Below are positions 1 through 10,618 of a stretch of DNA of 64,000 nt, piece by piece. Both the position numbers and the translations under genes were made by a program. The DNA is from an uncultured delta proteobacterium (GTDB lineage: Bacteria; Desulfobacterota; Binatia; DP-6), in NCBI GenBank assembly GCA_963815115.1, contig CAWFFN010000005.1:1056001-1120000 (forward strand). The letters are read 5' to 3'. The notes under the pieces are model-generated. The model was not told where the DNA came from. It was given only the letters and a program-made list of their open reading frames with translations, and made no database searches. How positions within the stretch are numbered: position 1 is the first letter of the stretch; each line of letters begins with the position of its first letter.

Positions 1-367
<367 letters not shown>

Positions 368-368
<1 letters not shown>

Positions 369-2101
369 TGCTCGCGTGGTCGCGGTCCGTGTCACGCGCA
401 GCTGCGGCGGTGCTCTTCGCTGCGCTGACAGGAGCGGTGTACCTTGGGCTCTTCGCGCTGGTGCAGATGGCGATCGGTCCGGCGACGGCCTGGATCTGCG
501 CCTTGCTCGCGGCGGCCGTCGTGGGGGCGGTGCTCGGCTTCCTCGAGCCCGTGCGGCGCCGCGTCGAACTCCTGCTCGAGGGCACATTGTCCGAACGGCA
601 CGTCAGGGCTCGCGAGCGAATTCATCGCGCGGTGCGAGAGCTCGCGCGGGTGCATGACGAGGCCGACGTCGCAGCGCTGGTCCGCGACGCGCTGCGCAGC
701 GGGCTGGACGTCGCCGCGGTCCGGGTCGTCGGCGGCTCTGGTGAAGAGACCCGACGAGCGATCGACGCATCGGCGACGGGGGCGCTGGTCGTCCCGTTCC
801 CCGAACGGCCCGAGCTCTGTGGCGCGCTCGTGCTCGCGCCTCGGCAAAGCGGGACGCCCTACTCGCGGGACGATCGCGCGCTGCTCGAGACGCTCGCCGC
901 GCAGGCTGCCGTGGCGATCTCCAACGCCCGAGCGTGGGAGGAGATCGAGATGCTCGAGCGCCGGGCACGGGAGGAGAACGCGTATCTGCGCGAGGCGGCT
1001 CTCCCTGCCGCCGACTCCGGCGAGCTCGTGGGGCAAAGTCTCGGCCTGCGTTCGGTCCTGGCGCAGGTACAGCAGGTGGCCCCAACCGACGCGGCCGCGC
1101 TGGTGCTCGGCGAGACCGGTACGGGCAAGGAGCTCGTGGTGCGCGCGATCCATCGCCAGAGCCGGCGAGCCGACCGCGTGCTGGTGCAGGTGGCGAGCGC
1201 GGCGGTCCCCGAGGCCCTCCTCGAGAGCGAGCTCTTCGGTCACGAGAAGGGCGCGTTCACTGGAGCGTCGACGCGAAAGCTCGGTCGCTTCGAGCTCGCC
1301 GACGGCGGTACGCTGTGTCTCGACGACGTGGACACGCTGCCACTCGGCATCCAGGCGAAGCTCCTGCGCGCCATCCAGGAAGGAGAGGTGCAGCGGCTCG
1401 GCGGGACCCGGGTGCGTGTCGTCGACGTGCGGCTCGTGGCGACGAGCAACCGCGATCTGCTCGCCGAGGTGCGCGCCGGCCGCTTCCGCGAGGACCTCTA
1501 CTATCGCCTGCACGTCGTGCCGATCCGGCTGCCGCCGCTGCGCGAGCGTCGCGAGGACATTCCTCTCCTGGTCGAGCATTTCGTTCGCCGCGAGAGTGGC
1601 CGCGTCGGCCGACCGATGCGCGACCTGCCGGCGGAGACGCTGGCCGCGCTCCAGCGCTACGACTGGCCCGGGAACGTGCGCGAGCTCCGCAACCTGGTCG
1701 AGCGGGCGATCGTGATGAGCCCCGACGGCGTGCTCCGCTTGCCAGAGCCGCTCCTGGTGCGGCCGGCGGTGTCCGCCGGCGGGGAACGCCCGACGGAGCT
1801 CGGCAGGGCGTCGCTCGCCGAGCTGGTGCAGCGCTACAAGGCACGTTTGATCCGGACCGCGCTCGCGCGGAGCGGAGGAAACCAGCGGCGCGCCGCAGAG
1901 CTCCTCTGCGTCCACCGGCCGAGCCTGACCCGCATGCTGCGCGATCTCGAGCCGCCCCGGGGAACGAGCGCGCCGGGGCGCCGATCGAGCGCAGCGACCG
2001 CCGCCGCCGAGCCGCCAGCTGCGGCAGGCGGCCATCCGAAGAGGAAGTCCGCCCGTCAGCGCAGCCGGTGGTCGGCGCCGAAGATCGTCGCCAGCTCGTA
2101 G
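368..2101 (+). CDS. Sigma54-dependent activator with two N-terminal TM helices, a short GAF-like region, AAA+ domain and Fis HTH
   Basis: Walker [59 protein letters not shown]; TGATG coupling to the upstream gene. Confidence 0.9.
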
Positions 2102-3219
2102 GCCGGCGTGACCTCGAGCTGGTCGTAGCGACAGTCCTCGGGTGACCTGTCGGGCCGCCAGCGCAGGAAGGTGGCGGCGTGGCGGAAGCGCTGTCCTTGC
2201 AGGTGGTCGTACTTCACCTCGCAGACGCGTTCGATGCGCAGCGGCTCCCACGAGAGGTCCTTGCCCGCATTCCAGCGGCTCCGCGCACCCGGCATGCGCT
2301 GGGCCTCGTCCGTGGCGCTGGCCCACTCCCGCCACGGGTGGGTCGCGAGCGCTCCGGCACGCAACGGCGCGAGCTCGGTGGCGAGGGCTCGGCGCTTTGC
2401 CATCGTGAACGAGGACGTGACGCCGACGTGCTGGAGCGCACCGTGCTCGTCGTAGAGGCCGAGGAGCAGCGAGCCGACGATGCCCGTGCCCTCCTTGTGC
2501 CAGCGGAAGCCGGCGACCACGCAGTCCGCGGTGCGCGCGTGCTTGATCTTCAGCATCGCCCGCTTGCCGGCCTCGTACGGACCGTTCTCCGGTTTGGCGA
2601 TCACGCCGTCGAGCCCGGCTCCCTCGAACCGCCGGAACCAGTCGCCGGCGAGCGTGCGATCGCGCGTGATCGGCGTGAGATGGATCGGCGGTGCGGTGCG
2701 GGCGAGCGCTTTCTCCAGGAGCATGCGCCGTTCGGTGAGGGGCGCATCGCGCAGGTCGCGCTCGTCGAGCGCGAGGAGGTCGAACGCCACGAACGACGCG
2801 GGCGTGGCGGCCGCCAGCTTCGTCACCCGCGAGGCCGCGGGATGGAGTCGCAGCTGCAGGAGATCGAAGTCGAGCCCCCCGGCACCGACGATCACGATCT
2901 CGCCGTCCACCACGCAGCGTTTCGGCAGGTGTGCGGCGAACGCGGGCCCGAGCTCGGGAAAGTAGCGGTCCAGGGGACGCAGGTCCCGGCTCTGGGTGTA
3001 GATCTGCTCGCGATCCTTGAAGACGAGGGCGCGGAAGCCGTCCCACTTCGGCTCGAACAGCCACCCCTCGCCCTGGGGCAGGCCCTCCGCGGCCTTCGCC
3101 AGCATCGGCTCGACCGGCGGAGGGATCGGGAACCGTGCCGGGCCTCCCGACGCCGCTCCCGTCCCGGCCGTCGCATGCGTCTGATCGGCCTGCGCGCGGC
3201 TGCGCGCCTTCGCCCGCAT
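2056..3219 (-). CDS. ATP-dependent DNA ligase (LigC-like); true start may be further downstream
   Basis: EPMLAK, adenylation motif [31 protein letters not shown]-terminal OB fold (EVKYDH..RFRH..F.RWRPD). Confidence 0.9.
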   Translation of the reverse strand: MRAKARSRAQADQTHATAGTGAASGGPARFPIPPPVEPMLAKAAEGLPQGEGWLFEPKWDGFRALVFKDREQIYTQSRDLRPLDRYFPELGPAFAAHLPKRCVVDGEIVIVGAGGLDFDLLQLRLHPAASRVTKLAAATPASFVAFDLLALDERDLRDAPLTERRMLLEKALARTAPPIHLTPITRDRTLAGDWFRRFEGAGLDGVIAKPENGPYEAGKRAMLKIKHARTADCVVAGFRWHKEGTGIVGSLLLGLYDEHGALQHVGVTSSFTMAKRRALATELAPLRAGALATHPWREWASATDEAQRMPGARSRWNAGKDLSWEPLRIERVCEVKYDHLQGQRFRHAATFLRWRPDRSPEDCRYDQLEVTPAYELATIFGADHRLR

Positions 3220-3283
3220 CGCGTGCCATCATGCAGGCCCCCGACGGCGAAGAAAAGACTCGAAACGGCGGGTCGGAGCGCAC

Positions 3284-4585
3284 TCAGCGCGGCCGGTACT
3301 CCATCACGCACGGCGCCTCGGCCCGTGCCACCGCGCCGAGCTGTCGCCGGCGCGCTTCCACGATCGTGAAGCGCGGGGTCAGCTCGTAGCGCTCGACGAG
3401 CCGGCGCACGGCCACCCTGATGGCCGTCACCGCGAAGCGCTGCGCCGGGCAGGCATGCGCGCCATGTCCGAAGGTGCTCACGAGCTCCTTCGCGTCGAGC
3501 GGCACCGTCGGCGCGAGGCGACGCCCGTCGTAGTGCGCGGGGTCGAAGCCTTCCAGCCCCGCCGCCGCCGTGCTGTTGTTCACCGAGAGCATCGTCGCCA
3601 GCAGCACGCCGGGGGCGAGCCGGAACGTGCCGCCCTCGAGCGCGATCTCGAGCGGTCGCAGGACGAGCCGCAAGGTGATCGATCGCTGCGCGAGGCGGAT
3701 CGACTCGCTCACGCACTGCTCGAGCAGGACGTCGTCGCCTGCCCGGACGCGACGGAGCAGCGCGGGACGTCGCACGATCTCCACGAGCGTCCAGGCGAGC
3801 GCGGCGTACAGGTTCGACTGCGAGCCCAGGTGCAGCATGATGACGTCGCGCGCCGCCCGCACGTGGCGGGCGGCGTCGGGCAGGTCTCCGTAGGCGGCGT
3901 AGATGCGATCGAGCCCGGGACGACCGGGGATCGCGGAGCTGGTCGGCCCGGATCGCGGCCACGGCGCGCTCGATGGCGTGCATCGCACGACGCTCGCTGG
4001 CGTATCGCGTCGCGGCGGTCAGAAACGCGCGTACCGGCCGGACGAAGGCATCGGCGGAGTCGAGCCGGTCGAGCAGGGGTGCCAGGCGGTCGAGCCAGGG
4101 CGGGGCGGCGGCCTCCGGCCCGATCCACGACGCCAGCCCGAGCCGATGGCCCAGCCGCCGCATGGTGGCGAACACCTCGAAGGTCCCGGAATCGCCGCGC
4201 TCGGCAACCTCGAGACGGACGGTGTCCTCGAGATTCGCGAGGTAGCGCTCGACGTCCTCGCCCCCGAAGAGCGTGCGAGCCGTGGTGCGGCGTCCCTCGA
4301 AGAGCTCCGACGGCAGCTTGAGGGAGAGGAGATGCCGGGTCGCGAGGCCAAAGCTGGCGTGGTCCTCGGGCACGCCGTAGAGGGCGCGCACCCCGGCGGG
4401 CGAGAAGACGCAGAACAGACGGTAGCCGAAGGCATCGACCACGTACGTGTCGCCCAGCTTCCGGCGCATCTCCGCGAAGAACGCCGCCGGGTTCCGGAGC
4501 AATCCCGCGCCGGCGCCCACCCATGGCAGCCCGCCGGCTACCCGCGGGGGAGGTGGCTCGATCGTGGCGCGCCGGGAACGATCAC
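3284..4585 (-). CDS. Cytochrome P450, frameshifted in this sequence (assembly indel or pseudogene)
   Basis: The N-half (PPRVAGGLPWVG...) is in ORF 2892-4631 and the C-half (ESIR, FDPAHY, heme motif FGHGAHACPA) is in ORF 3284-3988. The frames switch near the G4 run at 3926-3929. A GGAGG-preceded GTG at 4585 needs a second shift at G5 4546-4550. Confidence 0.8.
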
Positions 4586-4631
4586 GACCCGGCCTCCAGC
4601 ACGACGTCGGACGGCTCCCGATCGGTAACAC

Positions 4632-4652
4632 CCGGTTGCCCGGGGCAACCGG
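4632..4652. promoter_or_regulatory. Perfect palindrome, candidate activator-binding site (UAS) or operator
   Basis: CCGGTTGCCC-G-GGGCAACCGG in the divergent intergenic region, about 70 bp upstream of a sigma54 motif. Confidence 0.5.
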
Positions 4653-4722
4653 CCGAACCTGTCCCCACTCGCCGATCTCCCCAAAAGCCGAGCCAGATCG
4701 CCATGCTGAACGCCTCCGCTCG

Positions 4723-4738
4723 TGGTGCGCGCCTTGCT
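4723..4738 (+). promoter_or_regulatory. Sigma54 (-24/-12) promoter
   Basis: TGGTGCGCGCCTTGCT has exact GG-N10-GC spacing with TTGC, followed by RBS AGGAGG (4752-4757) and ATG 4766. Confidence 0.65.
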
Positions 4739-4765
4739 CCCGGGGTCCGCCAGGAGGTCACCGTC

Positions 4766-7700
4766 ATGATGCTGCGTCGCACCGTTCTCCTTGGCGTTCT
4801 GGCCCTTGGCTTCTGGGTTCCTCGCCCTGCCTTCGCGAAGCCCGAATACCTCTGGCAATTCGCCGAGTGGCGAGAGCAGGACCTGACCGGCGGGCTCAAG
4901 CTGGTACCGGAGCCGTTCCAGGACCGGAGGGGAGGGTACGTCATCGACATCTGGGATCTGCTCGGTCCCACCGTGTTCGGCGACGACGCGACGCTCTCGG
5001 TGGCGGGATACAACGAGGGCAATACCTTCTTCGCCCACGCCCAGTCACCGATCGCCGGAGGGGTTGCGGGCAACACCGTCGGCGGCGACGCGTTCATCCA
5101 GGTGAAGAAGCGCTACCACAAGGACAGCGACGTCTCGGCGCTCCGGTTCACCTACTCGGCCGCACGCCTCGAGGTGATGGATTTCGGCAGCGGCGAACCG
5201 CCGTGGAAGGCCCCCTACGCCCAGATCACCATGGAGGTCGACGTGTTCCAGGACGGGGTCGGATACGTGTGGGGTCTCACCCAGACCGCTCTCGCGCGCA
5301 GCGACGTCGGCATCGACCTGTACGATCTCGCGGACGACACCTGGGTCCTCGACGTCACCGGAGAGACCAGGGGTCCCCACGCGCAGGTGATCGATCGCAC
5401 GCCGCGCTGGCAGTGGGACTGCGAGACGTGCACCGACCCGGCATACGGATTCCACCGCGCGAAGCTGCGGGGGCCGTACACCCAGGACATCGATCTGTCG
5501 GGGGTCGGGCGGGACGCCCGGTTCACGATCTACTTCGCGCTGACCGTTCGGGCGGTCGATCCGAGCCAGGGCGAGACCTCCGCCTACGCGTTCGCGAGAT
5601 ATCCGCTCTCCGGCGAGGAGCTGACCGACGACGCCGTCAGGTTCGAGTCGGAGGAGCTGACGGAGCTCGACATCCCGCGCTGCGACGAGCCCGGGCTCGC
5701 CGGCGTTGCCTGTCTGCTCGACACGGGGCTGCCGCCGGAGAGCTGCACCGACGATGAGCTGCCGGGCGGGTTCGATCGGCACATCGCTCGAGCCCGGGCG
5801 CTGGTCTCGAAGGCGCTGGAGGAGACCAACGCCAAGAAGCTGCGCAAGCTCGTGAAGAGCCTCCGCGGGAAGCTCGAGAAGGCCGATCGTTCCGTCAGGA
5901 AGCGCGAGAGCGCGAAGCGGGGAGCGAAGCCGTCGCCGGCGTGTGCGGCCGACATCCACGGCGTGCTCGGGGAGGCGCTCGGCCTGCTCGATGCTGCCGT
6001 CTGCGATCCTGCCGCCGGCGTGCTGCGCTTCGGTGCGCCGACCTACGAGGCGTCCGAGGCGGACGGAGCCGTGACCCTCGAGGTTCTCCGCACGGGTGGC
6101 AGCACCGGCCCCCTCACCGCGACCGTGTCGCCCAGCCGAGGCATCGCGGGTGCAACCCCGGGCCTGGACTATGCTCGCCCGTCCTCGGCCGTGACCTTCG
6201 ACGACGGCGACGTCGGACCGCACGCCATCACGGTACCGATCATCGACGACCGCAGCGGCGAGCCGGACGAGAGCGTCACCCTGACGCTTTCCCCGCCCGG
6301 AGAATGCGGAACGGGCGGCGCGGGCTCCAGCACCGTCCTGACGATCATCGACGACGACCACGGGACCATCGCCCCACCGGCCGAGACGTACACCGTCGGC
6401 GGCACCGTCAGCGGGCTGCTCGGAGCGGGCCTCGAGCTGGTGGAGATCGATTCCGGTGCCCGGGTCAGCCCCGGCAATGGCCCGTTCGCCTTCGGCGCGC
6501 GGTTTGCCGACGGCTCGACCTACGAGGTGCGAGTTGCGACCCAGCCCAGCAACCCCACGCAGATCTGCACGCTGACGGATCACACCGGCGCCATCGCCGC
6601 CTCCGACGTCACCGACGTCGTCGTCACCTGCGCGACGCCGATGCCGGGCGGCGGACTCGATCCCACCTTTGGCGGCGGGGGTCTGGTCACCGGAACCTTG
6701 CCTGGCGATGCGCGCGCGCTCGTCGTCCAGAACGACGGGAAGATCCTGGTGCTGGGCGCGCGTGCTCTCACCCGTTTCGACGCCGACGGAGCGGTCGATC
6801 CGACCTTCGCGACCGGCGGCACCGCCACGGTCGGATTCGGGGGCGGCCTCAGCGTCGAGGCACGGGACCTGGCGCTCCAACCCGACGGACGCATCGTCGT
6901 GGCAGGGTCCACCGGCGCCAAGTTCGGCTCGCCGACCGACTTCGCGGTGGCGCGCTACCTCGCCGACGGCACCCCCGATCCGAGCTTCGGCGCGGGCGGC
7001 GTCGTCGTCACCGACTGGCACGGCACCACCGACCGGGCATACGCGGTCCTGATCCAGGACGACGGCAAGATCGTCGTCGCCGGGCACGCGGGGACGCCGC
7101 CGACGTCCGCGACCGGCAACGACTACGCGGTGGCGCGCTACACCTCCACGGGCGAGCTCGATGCGAGCTTCGGAACGGGTGGCAAGGCCGAGACCAACGT
7201 CGCGGGGCGCACCGATCTCGCCTACGCCGCCGCGCTCCAGCCAGACGGTGCGATCGTGCTGGCCGGGCGTGCCGGCGTCGACGGGGCCGCAGACCCCGAC
7301 GTCGGCATCGTGCGCTATCGCGGCGACGGCAGCCTCGACGCGACCTTCGGCAGCAGCGGCGTCGTCCTGATCGATGTGAGCGGCGGCTCGTGGGACGAAG
7401 CCTCGGATGTCGCCGTCACGAGCGACGGCGCCATCCTGGTGGCGGTCCAGGCGCTCGTCGGCGCCACGTTCGACTACGCGCTGGCGCGATTCCGCGCCGA
7501 TGGGGCGCTCGACACGGCCTTCGGCACGCACGGGGTGACCACCACCGCGTTCGCTGCGGGGGACGACTATGCACGCGCGATGTCGCTCCGGCCCGACGGA
7601 CGGATCGTCGTCGTCGGCCAGGCGTCGAGCGCAACCGGGTCCGACTTCGGCGTCGCGCGCTACCACGCCGACGGCAGCCCCGACACCACCTTCGGCAACG

Positions 7701-7843
7701 GAGGCCAGCTCGCGGTGGACTTCTTCGGCAAGGCGGACGGGGCAGGGTGCGTCGTGACCCGGGCGGACGGGGCCATCCTCGTCGGGGGCCTCGCCAGCAA
7801 CGGATCCGGCTCCGGATTCGGGCTCGTGCGGATCGTTCCCTAG
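4766..7843 (+). CDS. Large secreted protein: unknown N-terminal domain, Cys/Lys-rich helical segment, Calx-beta domain, Ig-like repeat, delta-60 repeat (DUF5122-type) beta-propeller
   Basis: Signal peptide ending PAFA; Calx-beta signature (F...Y...E.DG...V.R.GG...TF.DG...I.VPIIDD...E.DES); repeated 'D.TFG..G' and 'Q.DGKI.V.G' units. Confidence 0.85.
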   Translation: MMLRRTVLLGVLALGFWVPRPAFAKPEYLWQFAEWREQDLTGGLKLVPEPFQDRRGGYVIDIWDLLGPTVFGDDATLSVAGYNEGNTFFAHAQSPIAGGVAGNTVGGDAFIQVKKRYHKDSDVSALRFTYSAARLEVMDFGSGEPPWKAPYAQITMEVDVFQDGVGYVWGLTQTALARSDVGIDLYDLADDTWVLDVTGETRGPHAQVIDRTPRWQWDCETCTDPAYGFHRAKLRGPYTQDIDLSGVGRDARFTIYFALTVRAVDPSQGETSAYAFARYPLSGEELTDDAVRFESEELTELDIPRCDEPGLAGVACLLDTGLPPESCTDDELPGGFDRHIARARALVSKALEETNAKKLRKLVKSLRGKLEKADRSVRKRESAKRGAKPSPACAADIHGVLGEALGLLDAAVCDPAAGVLRFGAPTYEASEADGAVTLEVLRTGGSTGPLTATVSPSRGIAGATPGLDYARPSSAVTFDDGDVGPHAITVPIIDDRSGEPDESVTLTLSPPGECGTGGAGSSTVLTIIDDDHGTIAPPAETYTVGGTVSGLLGAGLELVEIDSGARVSPGNGPFAFGARFADGSTYEVRVATQPSNPTQICTLTDHTGAIAASDVTDVVVTCATPMPGGGLDPTFGGGGLVTGTLPGDARALVVQNDGKILVLGARALTRFDADGAVDPTFATGGTATVGFGGGLSVEARDLALQPDGRIVVAGSTGAKFGSPTDFAVARYLADGTPDPSFGAGGVVVTDWHGTTDRAYAVLIQDDGKIVVAGHAGTPPTSATGNDYAVARYTSTGELDASFGTGGKAETNVAGRTDLAYAAALQPDGAIVLAGRAGVDGAADPDVGIVRYRGDGSLDATFGSSGVVLIDVSGGSWDEASDVAVTSDGAILVAVQALVGATFDYALARFRADGALDTAFGTHGVTTTAFAAGDDYARAMSLRPDGRIVVVGQASSATGSDFGVARYHADGSPDTTFGNGGQLAVDFFGKADGAGCVVTRADGAILVGGLASNGSGSGFGLVRIVP

Positions 7844-7870
7844 CGCCGCGCTTCCCGGGGGACAGCTCGG

Positions 7871-7893
7871 GAGCCACCTCGTCGGGGTGGCTC
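7871..7893 (+). terminator. Hairpin downstream of the secreted-protein gene
   Basis: GAGCCACC-TCGTCGG-GGTGGCTC; no strong U tract. Confidence 0.4.
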
Positions 7894-7958
7894 TCAGCCC
7901 CTCCGGGGCGCCGCCGGCATTTACAAACGGCTGCGTTCGTGGACCTTGCTGCGTGACG

Positions 7959-8492
7959 ATGCGCATCGAGACCGAGCGGCTCGTGCTTCGGCTGCCCCAG
8001 GGGAGGGATGCCGGCGCGATCGTGGAGTACGTCAGCGACCCGGAGGTGATGCGGTGGATCGGTGGCGAGACCGGGGGCCGCGACGTCGCGGTGGCGGCCG
8101 TCGCGCGCTGGCTCGCCTGCTGGCAGGCGGACGGCATCGGCCACTTCGCGGTCGAGCGCAAGGAGGACGGCCGGGTTCTCGGCCGTGTCGGATTCCTGGT
8201 CTGGGACCGGCGCACCTGGGAGACCTCCTCGGTGGCCGAGGCGGGCGACGACGCCGAGACGGAGCTCGGCTGGACGCTGGCGCGCGCCTTCTGGGGCCAT
8301 GGCTACGCGACCGAGGCCGCGCGCGCCGCCCGCGCGTGGGGCCACGACGGAGGCGGCGTGGATCGGCTCATCTCCCTGATCGCTCCGCACAACGTTCGCT
8401 CGATCCGCGTCGCGGACAAGCTCCGCGCGCAACCGGAGCGGATGATCAGGACGCGCTTCGGTCCGGCGATCGTGTGGGTGCACCCGCGCTGA
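7959..8492 (+). CDS. GNAT N-acetyltransferase (RimJ/RimL type)
   Basis: IETERLVLR, ELGWTL...WGHGYATEAA, N.RSIRVA.KL. Confidence 0.9.
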   Translation: MRIETERLVLRLPQGRDAGAIVEYVSDPEVMRWIGGETGGRDVAVAAVARWLACWQADGIGHFAVERKEDGRVLGRVGFLVWDRRTWETSSVAEAGDDAETELGWTLARAFWGHGYATEAARAARAWGHDGGGVDRLISLIAPHNVRSIRVADKLRAQPERMIRTRFGPAIVWVHPR

Positions 8493-8504
8493 CCGGGCCC
8501 TGCG

Positions 8505-9524
8505 ATGGAACGCGATCGATCGCAGACCGATCCAGCCACCCACTCGCCGGTGGTCACGGTCATCGTGCCGACGCGCGACCGCCGGCGCTACCTCGACGAG
8601 GCCATCCGCAGCGTGCTCGCGCAGACGTTCGCCGATCTCGAGCTGCTCGTGGTCGACGACGGCTCGACGGATGGCACCGGCGACCTCGTGAAGGCGGTCG
8701 AGGACCCGCGACTGTGCTACATCCACCAGCCGCCGGCCGGCATCGGCGCGGCGCTCAACCGGGGCCTGCGGCGCGCGCGCGGCCGGTACGTGGCGCGCCT
8801 GGATTCGGACGACGTGTGGCATCGCGACATGCTGGAGACCCTCCTCCCCGTGCTCGAGTCGCGAGCCGACGTGGGAGTCGTCTACGCGCGTGGGCAGGCC
8901 ATGGACGAGCGCGGGCGCCGGTTTCCGAACCTGCAGGGTCTTCCCGAGCGCTTTCCGGGCGACAGCCTGCGCAGCCTCGTCTACGACGACGGGACGTGCA
9001 ACGTGGCGCTGCTCGCGCGCCGGGAGTGCTTCGAACGCGCGGGCTACTACGACGAGGACCTGGTGGCGAGCGAGGACTGGGACATGTGGCTCCGGGTGGC
9101 ACGCCACTACCGCTTCTCCTTCGTCGACAAGGTGGTGGTCGCCATCCGCTTGCACGACGGCAACCTGACGGGTCCGAGCTCGCCGCATTTCGCCGAGGTC
9201 CTGGGCGCGAGGACCGTCCCGCTGGACAAGCTGTTCCGGGACCCGGACCTCCCGCCCCGGGTACGCGCGTTGCGCGCGGCTGCCTACGCCAACGTTCATC
9301 TGTTTCGCGGACAGCGCTGGTTGCAGGCGGGTGAGCCGGGGCGGGCCTTGCGGAGCCTCGGGGCGGCGGTGCGCACCAGCGAGGACCGGCTCACGATGAT
9401 CGCGCGCATCGTCTGGTTCGTCCTGGCGGTACCTGTCCTCGGACGCTCCGCGTCCGGGCGGCGGGCGCTGGCGGCACTCGCGGACCTTCGCCGCCGCCGG
9501 CGCGCCGCGGAAGAGGGGTGCTGA
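8505..9524 (+). CDS. Glycosyltransferase family 2
   Basis: VTVIVPT, VVDDGSTD, ALNRGL...ARLDSDD, EDWDMWLR. Confidence 0.9.
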   Translation: MERDRSQTDPATHSPVVTVIVPTRDRRRYLDEAIRSVLAQTFADLELLVVDDGSTDGTGDLVKAVEDPRLCYIHQPPAGIGAALNRGLRRARGRYVARLDSDDVWHRDMLETLLPVLESRADVGVVYARGQAMDERGRRFPNLQGLPERFPGDSLRSLVYDDGTCNVALLARRECFERAGYYDEDLVASEDWDMWLRVARHYRFSFVDKVVVAIRLHDGNLTGPSSPHFAEVLGARTVPLDKLFRDPDLPPRVRALRAAAYANVHLFRGQRWLQAGEPGRALRSLGAAVRTSEDRLTMIARIVWFVLAVPVLGRSASGRRALAALADLRRRRRAAEEGC

Positions 9525-9533
9525 CGGATCGTC

Positions 9534-10562
9534 TCAGACGGGTCCGCGTGCCTGGCGCAATTCTGCCAGATACGACGCCACCGCAGCCCGCCCGCCGACC
9601 TCGTCGGCGACCCCCCGGAAATACCAGTACTCATGGAGACCGTCCACGAGTCGGTTCCATCGCCGCCGCCACCGGAACGAGGCCAACACGGAACCGGCGA
9701 CGCGCAACGTGCGCGCGACGGCGTCGCCGGCGCCGGGCCGGTCGAACGCGAGCGTGCGCGCCGCCCGACCGATGCGGGTGTGCGGCCGGTCGATGCGAGC
9801 GAGGGCGAGATGATCGAGCATCTCCGGGTGCCGCCGCGCGAGCCTGGCGTCGTTGCGTCCCACGGATCGCCCTCGCTGCAGGTACGCGACGAGCGAATCG
9901 TCGCCCAGGCGGTGATGGTAGCCGCCGGCATCGGGGACGAACGCGAAGTGCGCTCCCGCCTTCTGCGCTCGCAGGCCGAGCCCGTAGTCCTCGCTCCCGT
10001 ACCCGACGATCGTCGTGTCGAACCGTCCTGCCTCGTCGAAGAGCGCGCGCGGCATCGAGACGTTGCCCCCGGTCATGCAGGCCCAGTCGAGCTCCTTCCT
10101 GCCGGCCAGCACCCCGGCAAACGCCTGGTCGAGAGCATGCAGGCGTTCGGCCAGCAGGCTCCGGGGCCGCCGCGGGGACGACGGCACCAGCAGGGGCCCG
10201 ATCGCGACGAGGTCGGTCCGGCGGCCATGGGCTTCCGCGTGCGCCGCGAGGCAGCCCGGAAGCGGCTCGACGTCGTCGTCCAGGAATACCAGCAGCCGTC
10301 CGCGTGCCGCCGCCGCTCCCTCGTTGCGCGCCCGGCTCAGGCCGGGGCGGGGAATCTCGATGAGCCGCACGGCGTCGGGCTCGCGGAGCGCGCGCACCAT
10401 GGCCGTGGTGTCGTCGGAGCAATCGTTTGCCACCACCACGGTCTCGAAGCGCGTCCGGGGATGGCTCTGTGCCGCGAGCGCCGCGAGCGTGCGGCCCAGG
10501 CTCCGCGCGCGATTGCGCGTCGGGACGACCACCGACACCTCCGGGGCCGCGTGCGCCTTCAT
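9534..10562 (-). CDS. Glycosyltransferase family 2
   Basis: VSVVVPTRNR, ARNEG, VFLDDD, GGN.S, FD....YGSED. Confidence 0.9.
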   Translation of the reverse strand: MKAHAAPEVSVVVPTRNRARSLGRTLAALAAQSHPRTRFETVVVANDCSDDTTAMVRALREPDAVRLIEIPRPGLSRARNEGAAAARGRLLVFLDDDVEPLPGCLAAHAEAHGRRTDLVAIGPLLVPSSPRRPRSLLAERLHALDQAFAGVLAGRKELDWACMTGGNVSMPRALFDEAGRFDTTIVGYGSEDYGLGLRAQKAGAHFAFVPDAGGYHHRLGDDSLVAYLQRGRSVGRNDARLARRHPEMLDHLALARIDRPHTRIGRAARTLAFDRPGAGDAVARTLRVAGSVLASFRWRRRWNRLVDGLHEYWYFRGVADEVGGRAAVASYLAELRQARGPV

Positions 10563-10618
10563 GGTCGTTCCAGGCGGCGGACGTACACGTTGAACCGATA
10601 CGAGCCGTGCGGACCGAG

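Noticed and set aside
8505-10562. Convergent GT2 pair as a polysaccharide or natural-product cluster
   Set aside because: There are no flippase, polymerase, sugar-nucleotide or scaffold genes nearby.
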